DNA of 64,000 nucleotides, taken from assembly GCA_965202855.1 (NCBI GenBank), contig CBDBBP010000002.1, forward strand, positions 58,913 through 122,912, written 5' to 3'. The translations under genes and the position numbers were made by a program. The stretch is from Arenicellales bacterium (GTDB lineage: Bacteria; Pseudomonadota; Gammaproteobacteria; Arenicellales; JAJDZL01). The notes under the pieces are model-generated. The model did not search any database and was not told the DNA's origin. It saw nothing but the letters and a program-made list of their open reading frames with translations. Numbering within the stretch: the stretch's first letter is position 1; each line of letters opens with the position of its first letter. This document shows positions 59,314 through 64,000 of the stretch, one piece after another.

Positions 59314-60057
59314 ATGGCTAAGTTCTTCATTTCCGATATTCATCTCGACCCGAAGAGGTCGGCTACCTACCAAAAGTTCATCCGCTATCTTCGCTCAATT
59401 GCTGCCGAAGCGGAAGAGCTTTACATACTCGGTGATCTGTTTGAATACTGGATTGGCGATGATGCAGTGAGTCTGTTAGGTCATGAGACAGCAGTGAATG
59501 CCTTGAAACAACTTTCCGAATGTGGCGTAAGAATTTTTGTAATGCACGGAAACCGAGATTTTCTCATTGGTGAACAATTTGTATCCAGCTTTGACGGAAC
59601 ACTGCTCGATGCCGAACACACTCTCCAAATCGGGTCCAATTCTGTCTTGTTGTTGCATGGTGACAGCTTGTGTACAGACGATATTGAACATCAACGATTT
59701 CGGGACGTCGTACTATCGAAAGAATGGCAACAAGCATTTTTATCCTTAAATTTGCAACATCGCGTCGCGCGTGCGCAGGAATTGAGAGAACTCAGTGAAA
59801 ATTCAAAAGCGAAAAAAAAATTAGAGATCATGGACGTGAATCTTGATGCCGTAACTGAAGTCATGCAGCAAAATAATACTAATATTTTGATCCATGGACA
59901 TGTTCACAAGCGAGGCATCCATCAAGTCGAGCTAAATGGCGAAAAGGGTGTTCGCTATGTTCTTGGTGACTGGGACAGCAACAAAGATGGGGTGATTCGA
60001 GTTGATTCAGCAGGCGAATTCGAACTTTTCTGCCCTAGCGATTATTCGAATTGCTAA
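59314..60057 (+). CDS. lpxH: UDP-2,3-diacylglucosamine diphosphatase
   Basis: FISDIHLD, ILGDLFEYWIGDD, HGNRDFL and HGH. Confidence 0.85.
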   Translation: MAKFFISDIHLDPKRSATYQKFIRYLRSIAAEAEELYILGDLFEYWIGDDAVSLLGHETAVNALKQLSECGVRIFVMHGNRDFLIGEQFVSSFDGTLLDAEHTLQIGSNSVLLLHGDSLCTDDIEHQRFRDVVLSKEWQQAFLSLNLQHRVARAQELRELSENSKAKKKLEIMDVNLDAVTEVMQQNNTNILIHGHVHKRGIHQVELNGEKGVRYVLGDWDSNKDGVIRVDSAGEFELFCPSDYSNC

Positions 60058-61574
60058 TTGGCGCCTGCGGCTCGATTTAGTTCAAACAATGTACCACTTG
60101 TAAGTTTCCGCGTTTTTTCATTCCGGACTCGTTCCAATTGAGTTAGATAGCTAGAAGTCACGTTACCGGTAACATACTTTCCGTCAAACACCGACATTTC
60201 GAATGCTGTAACGTCCGAATTTGTGGTCAACACAGATTTTTTAAGGTCTTCAAGTCTTTGATATAGTACATAATCTGCACCAATTTTTTTGCAGATTTCC
60301 TCTGAATCTCGCTTGTATGCAATCAGCTCAGAAGTACTGGGGATATCAATTCCATACACATTTGGATAGCGAATGGGCGGAGAAGCTGAAACTACATAAA
60401 CAGACTTGGCGCCTGCTTCTCTAGCACGCGCGACGATTTGCTTAGAGGTCGTTCCCCTTACGATCGAATCATCCACAAGCAGGACATTTTTGCCTTCAAA
60501 TTCTAGGTTCATCGCGTTAAGTTTGTGTCGGACGGAATATTTACGTTGATCTTGATTGGGCATGATGAATGTTCTGTCAAAATACCGATTCTTTATAAAT
60601 CCCTCTCGGTACTTCACACCAATGGTATGGGCCATCTGCAAGGCTGCCGGTCTGCTTGTGTCCGGTATAGGCATAACAACATCAATGTCATGATTGGGAA
60701 ATCGTTCCAAAAATCGACGACCGAGCCATTCACCCATACGAAGACGGGTTTTATAGACTGAAATCCGGTCAATCATGGAATCCGGTCTTGCCAAATACAC
60801 ATACTCAAATATGCAAGGTGTAGAATCGGTATCGTTAGTACACTGGTGACTGTGTACATTTCCATTTGAATCGATGAATATTCCCTCACCTGGCATTACA
60901 TCTCGTTCAACTTGAAACTCGAGTGTGTCAAGCGCCACGCTTTCTGAAGCAAATGCAAAATCTTTGCCTTCTGGGGTCTCCCGAGTTCCATAAACCAATG
61001 GACGAATTCCGTGCCTGTCACGAAAAGCCAGAATTCCGTATCCAACAATCAGCACCGTAACTGCAAATGCGCCCTGACAACGTTCAAATATTTTTTTTAC
61101 TGCTTTGAAAACATGCTTTGGCTTGAGGTTTCCTCCAGATTTTCGAACGGTCGTCGATAATTCAAAGGCAAAAACATTCAGCATGATTTCTGAATCAGAA
61201 CTCGTATTGATTTGCCGACGATTACCCCAAAACACCTGCTCGCCAAGTTTGTTCGCATTGATCAAGTTCCCGTTGTGAGCCAAGGCGATCCCGAAAGGAG
61301 AGTTAACATAAAACGGTTGGGCTTCTGCATCTGTATTTCCGCCTGCTGTTGGGTATCGAACATGTCCGATCCCCATCGAGCCTTTCAAATCACAAATGAT
61401 CTTTCCAGGAAGAACGTCGCGCGCAAGACCTCGACCCGTGCGGGCGTAGACTCTTTGACCGTCACTCGTTACAATTCCAGCAGCATCCTGTCCTCTATGC
61501 TGAAGAATCGTAAGAGCTTCGTAAATTTCCAGACTTGATTGCTGAGAAGAGAGTATTGCAACGACACCGCACAC
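60054..61574 (-). CDS. purF: Amidophosphoribosyltransferase
   Basis: MCGVVAI N-terminal nucleophile and VLLVDDSIVRGTTS PRPP motif. Confidence 0.95.
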   Translation of the reverse strand: MCGVVAILSSQQSSLEIYEALTILQHRGQDAAGIVTSDGQRVYARTGRGLARDVLPGKIICDLKGSMGIGHVRYPTAGGNTDAEAQPFYVNSPFGIALAHNGNLINANKLGEQVFWGNRRQINTSSDSEIMLNVFAFELSTTVRKSGGNLKPKHVFKAVKKIFERCQGAFAVTVLIVGYGILAFRDRHGIRPLVYGTRETPEGKDFAFASESVALDTLEFQVERDVMPGEGIFIDSNGNVHSHQCTNDTDSTPCIFEYVYLARPDSMIDRISVYKTRLRMGEWLGRRFLERFPNHDIDVVMPIPDTSRPAALQMAHTIGVKYREGFIKNRYFDRTFIMPNQDQRKYSVRHKLNAMNLEFEGKNVLLVDDSIVRGTTSKQIVARAREAGAKSVYVVSASPPIRYPNVYGIDIPSTSELIAYKRDSEEICKKIGADYVLYQRLEDLKKSVLTTNSDVTAFEMSVFDGKYVTGNVTSSYLTQLERVRNEKTRKLTSGTLFELNRAAGAN

Positions 61575-61652
61575 GGCATAACCTCTTTATGATCGTAGTT
61601 CGCTAATTGTTACTGATAGCAGTCACATTTGTTGAGAATGCTTCTTTACAGT

Positions 61653-62150
61653 CTACACTGTCGGAGGCGCTGCCGTCAAAATATCGGCAAGCATGTTCCT
61701 CACAGAAAAAACATAAGGCTCTAAAATGGGAAGCACCATCGAATCCTGCCACGACGGTGAATCAACGCTGAATATGAACGACCCTACAACCGCCAGCATC
61801 AGCGAGATCAATACTCCGCGCAACGCCCCAAATGCAGTACCCAAAGTTGTATCAATACCGGACATCCCTTCGAAAGACAGCGCCCGTGAAATCACTGCGC
61901 TCACGATGGATGACAACAGCAGAACAACAAAAAATATTGCTATATGGCCAAGTATCATTTGCATTTTCAAATCCAATTCAAATCCTGCAAATAGCGGGGT
62001 TGTCAGATGGCCGTATTGCCATGTAATCCAACCCGAGAAAATCCAGCATAAAACCGATAGAAAGGAGCGCACGAAACCACGGTAGGCGCCAATCAGCAAA
62101 GACAAAAAAATTATGACAACGAAACCGATGTCAATATAGATTGTGGACAA
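61653..62150 (-). CDS. cvpA: Colicin V production protein CvpA
   Basis: 165 aa, four TM segments. Sits between the dedD-like gene and purF. TTG start. Confidence 0.8.
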   Translation of the reverse strand: MSTIYIDIGFVVIIFLSLLIGAYRGFVRSFLSVLCWIFSGWITWQYGHLTTPLFAGFELDLKMQMILGHIAIFFVVLLLSSIVSAVISRALSFEGMSGIDTTLGTAFGALRGVLISLMLAVVGSFIFSVDSPSWQDSMVLPILEPYVFSVRNMLADILTAAPPTV

Positions 62151-62368
62151 GAAATACTGCTTCCTGAGAGGTGTGTATGCTACCGCGTCAGAACTTTTAT
62201 GAGTTTTAAGTTAGCCGACTTTTCGATAAAGATTTTAGCATACAGAAAAGATGGCAGATTGAAATTGGAACAAAGCTGATGCATCATCTGGAGAGCGGTT
62301 TGACTCAATTCAGCCGGCCTTGCTGCGGCAGTTATGCATAAGCGGTCAGAATGGGGCAGCCGAGCAAT

Positions 62369-63034
62369 TTATGAACTCGTAAAGTCTCGAATGATTCCAC
62401 CTTTGATTTTATGCTCCTTAGATAAAATACGTCTGGTCTGAATCGCGTCTTTTTCGGAATTGTAGGGTCCAACCAAAACTCGAGAAAGCCGGTCGTCACC
62501 GCGCTCTATTTCGGTGGGGAAATTAATCGTTGTAAACTTCAATTGGAATACACCTGCATTCACAGCACTTTCGAAAGCGCCAACTTGTACATACCATCCG
62601 GCTGGAACAATATCGCTTGATTGACCCGTCGACTTTGATTGAGCTGCAGCCACGCCTGAATTGATTGTTTGCAATCCCTCTGTGACCGTTTCAGCGAAGT
62701 TGCTGGATTCGTCCACTTTAGCGACTTGAGTCAGGCTGTCTGGTGGCAGAACGGATTCTGCGCTGGCATTTCTTTCAGATTTTATCTGCTGATTATTTTG
62801 AAAAGGCTCAACATTGTTGCTCGCAGCCAACTCTTCTTGAGTGGGTGAGAGAATTGCTTCTTCGACCAAATCTACGTCGTAAGCAACCGACTCCTGGGAA
62901 AATTTGTAAGTTGGGCTCGACAAAAACACGATCGAGAAAATTCCGATGGCAAGGCTCCAAAAAACCAATCCCACAACGAAATTACCCGATTTTCGATAAA
63001 TTGAGACCTCGCTCTTTTTCAATTTAGCATTCAT
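62369..63034 (-). CDS. SPOR-domain cell-division protein (DedD-like)
   Basis: N-terminal TM, low-complexity linker and a C-terminal SPOR-like GWYVQVGAFESAVNA...LVGPYNSEKDA. The start is placed at ATG 63034. Confidence 0.6.
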   Translation of the reverse strand: MNAKLKKSEVSIYRKSGNFVVGLVFWSLAIGIFSIVFLSSPTYKFSQESVAYDVDLVEEAILSPTQEELAASNNVEPFQNNQQIKSERNASAESVLPPDSLTQVAKVDESSNFAETVTEGLQTINSGVAAAQSKSTGQSSDIVPAGWYVQVGAFESAVNAGVFQLKFTTINFPTEIERGDDRLSRVLVGPYNSEKDAIQTRRILSKEHKIKGGIIRDFTSS

Positions 63035-64000
63035 GAATTGACCTATCTCGATATTGCTGGAGAATGTCACCAACTGTTAAAAAGGAACCAAATACTACAA
63101 TTCGATCATTAGGCTGAGCATTTGAAAGAGCTGCATTAAATGCCTCAATCACGTCATAATGCAAATCTACCGGGACAATGCTGCCCAAAACCGGTTGAGC
63201 TCGGCGAAATAGTTTTCTAGCTGTCATGCCTCTTTCATCTTGAATTCCACACAAATGCCATTGGTCAATCACTCTTTTGATGCTGTCTACCATGATTTCG
63301 ATAGGTTTTTCCGACAGCACAGACATAATTGCAATATTGCTGCCTTCGATCGGATGTTCCGCTAGAAAAGCCGATAATTCTCGAACTGACTCAATATTGT
63401 GTGCAACGTCCAACAAAATTTGCGGAGATTCTTGAACGATCTGCAATCTCCCTTCGAGCACAGAGTTACCTACACCGATTCGAATTGCATCGTCACTGAT
63501 ATTCAAAAATTTCCGCGCCAAAACAGCGACCATTACAGCTCCAGCTGAATTGTCTTGCTGACAATTGCCTGGTATGGACGGAAGCGGAATCGAATCTATG
63601 CCATTCTCATCTCCGATGTGACTTGCGAACCAGGACCAATCGAAATCATTGACCTGTGCTGAAAAGTCTTCTCCATTTACGTATAGTTTCAGAGAAAGTT
63701 CGCGTGCTGCTGATCGAATGGAATCCGGTAAATTCCTGTCAGTACAGACTGCCAGCTGCTCGCTCCTTAAAATTCCAGCCTTCTCAAAACCAATCTGCTC
63801 TCGATCATTCCCGAGCCATTTTTCATGATCAGTGCCAATCGAAGTGATGCAGGCCAAATCTGCATCCAAGACGTTGACTGCGTCTTTTCGACCACCCAGA
63901 CCTACTTCCATAATTGCGACATCAACTTGCTTGCGTATGAAATAATCGATTGCGATCGCTGTTCCGTATTCGAAAAAAGTGAGAGGCACATTTTCTCGAA
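63024..64000 (-). CDS. folC: Bifunctional folylpolyglutamate synthase / dihydrofolate synthase (C-terminal about 325 codons; N-terminus beyond the window end)
   Basis: FEYGTAIAIDYF..VDVAIMEVGLGGRKDAVN. The frame stays open to the window edge. folC-dedD-cvpA-purF synteny. Confidence 0.85.
   Translation of the reverse strand, partial: RENVPLTFFEYGTAIAIDYFIRKQVDVAIMEVGLGGRKDAVNVLDADLACITSIGTDHEKWLGNDREQIGFEKAGILRSEQLAVCTDRNLPDSIRSAARELSLKLYVNGEDFSAQVNDFDWSWFASHIGDENGIDSIPLPSIPGNCQQDNSAGAVMVAVLARKFLNISDDAIRIGVGNSVLEGRLQIVQESPQILLDVAHNIESVRELSAFLAEHPIEGSNIAIMSVLSEKPIEIMVDSIKRVIDQWHLCGIQDERGMTARKLFRRAQPVLGSIVPVDLHYDVIEAFNAALSNAQPNDRIVVFGSFLTVGDILQQYRDRSIHEC

Noticed and set aside
59230-59373. 48-codon N-terminal extension of cysS given in the ORF track
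   Set aside because: CysS homologues begin near MNRLIIHNNLTG. The extension would overlap the divergent lpxH start and its promoter region.
1-64000. CRISPR arrays, rRNA genes and tRNA genes
   Set aside because: Reading both strands, I found no regularly spaced direct repeats, no rRNA-like stretches and no cloverleaf-type GTTCGAATC-containing segments. Absence cannot be proven without tRNAscan or Infernal.

Overview
AT-rich (about 40-45% GC by eye) gammaproteobacterial chromosome segment, probably marine. No rRNA, tRNA or CRISPR array was seen. Layout from left to right follows. (1) 1-17.5 kb is a decayed accessory zone. A DMFase-like gene and a DddP-like M24 gene are separated by about 12 kb of island DNA. 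The island is bracketed by two different inward-facing IS1595-type transposase remnants. It carries a methylase fragment, two DUF1640-like genes (one broken by a 16-bp tandem duplication) and a 1.4-kb segmental duplication of an IS-remnant plus APH-type kinase flanking a HigB/HigA-like module with a frameshifted toxin. It also carries two tandem paralogues of unknown family. (2) 17.5-32.2 kb is a compact catabolic cluster. It holds a PotD-type ABC importer with no ATPase gene, a TauD-family dioxygenase, a GMC oxidoreductase, a two-gene operon of unknown function, an M19 dipeptidase, an amidase and a SABATH-type methyltransferase. A low-GC lipoprotein islet interrupts it. (3) 32.3-39.7 kb is a ten-gene Mrp/Mbh-like antiporter cluster in EFG-first order. 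(4) 39.7-42.9 kb is a higher-GC islet with an HsdM fragment and an AbiEi/AbiEii pair. (5) The core genes are crcB, dnaQ, rnhA and a methyltransferase, then a toxin-antitoxin graveyard (higBA remnants, intact vapBC, TIR/NDT-like fragment), then mltD, udg, leuA, pssA, psd, ilvCHI, cysS, lpxH, purF, cvpA, dedD-like and folC. The most novel-looking items are the tandem unknown paralogues (9.2-11.8 kb), the unknown operon at 23.8-26.2 kb, and a leucine-rich 25-codon leader ORF abutting an intrinsic terminator upstream of a stand-alone leuA. All family assignments rest on motif recognition by eye; no searches were run.
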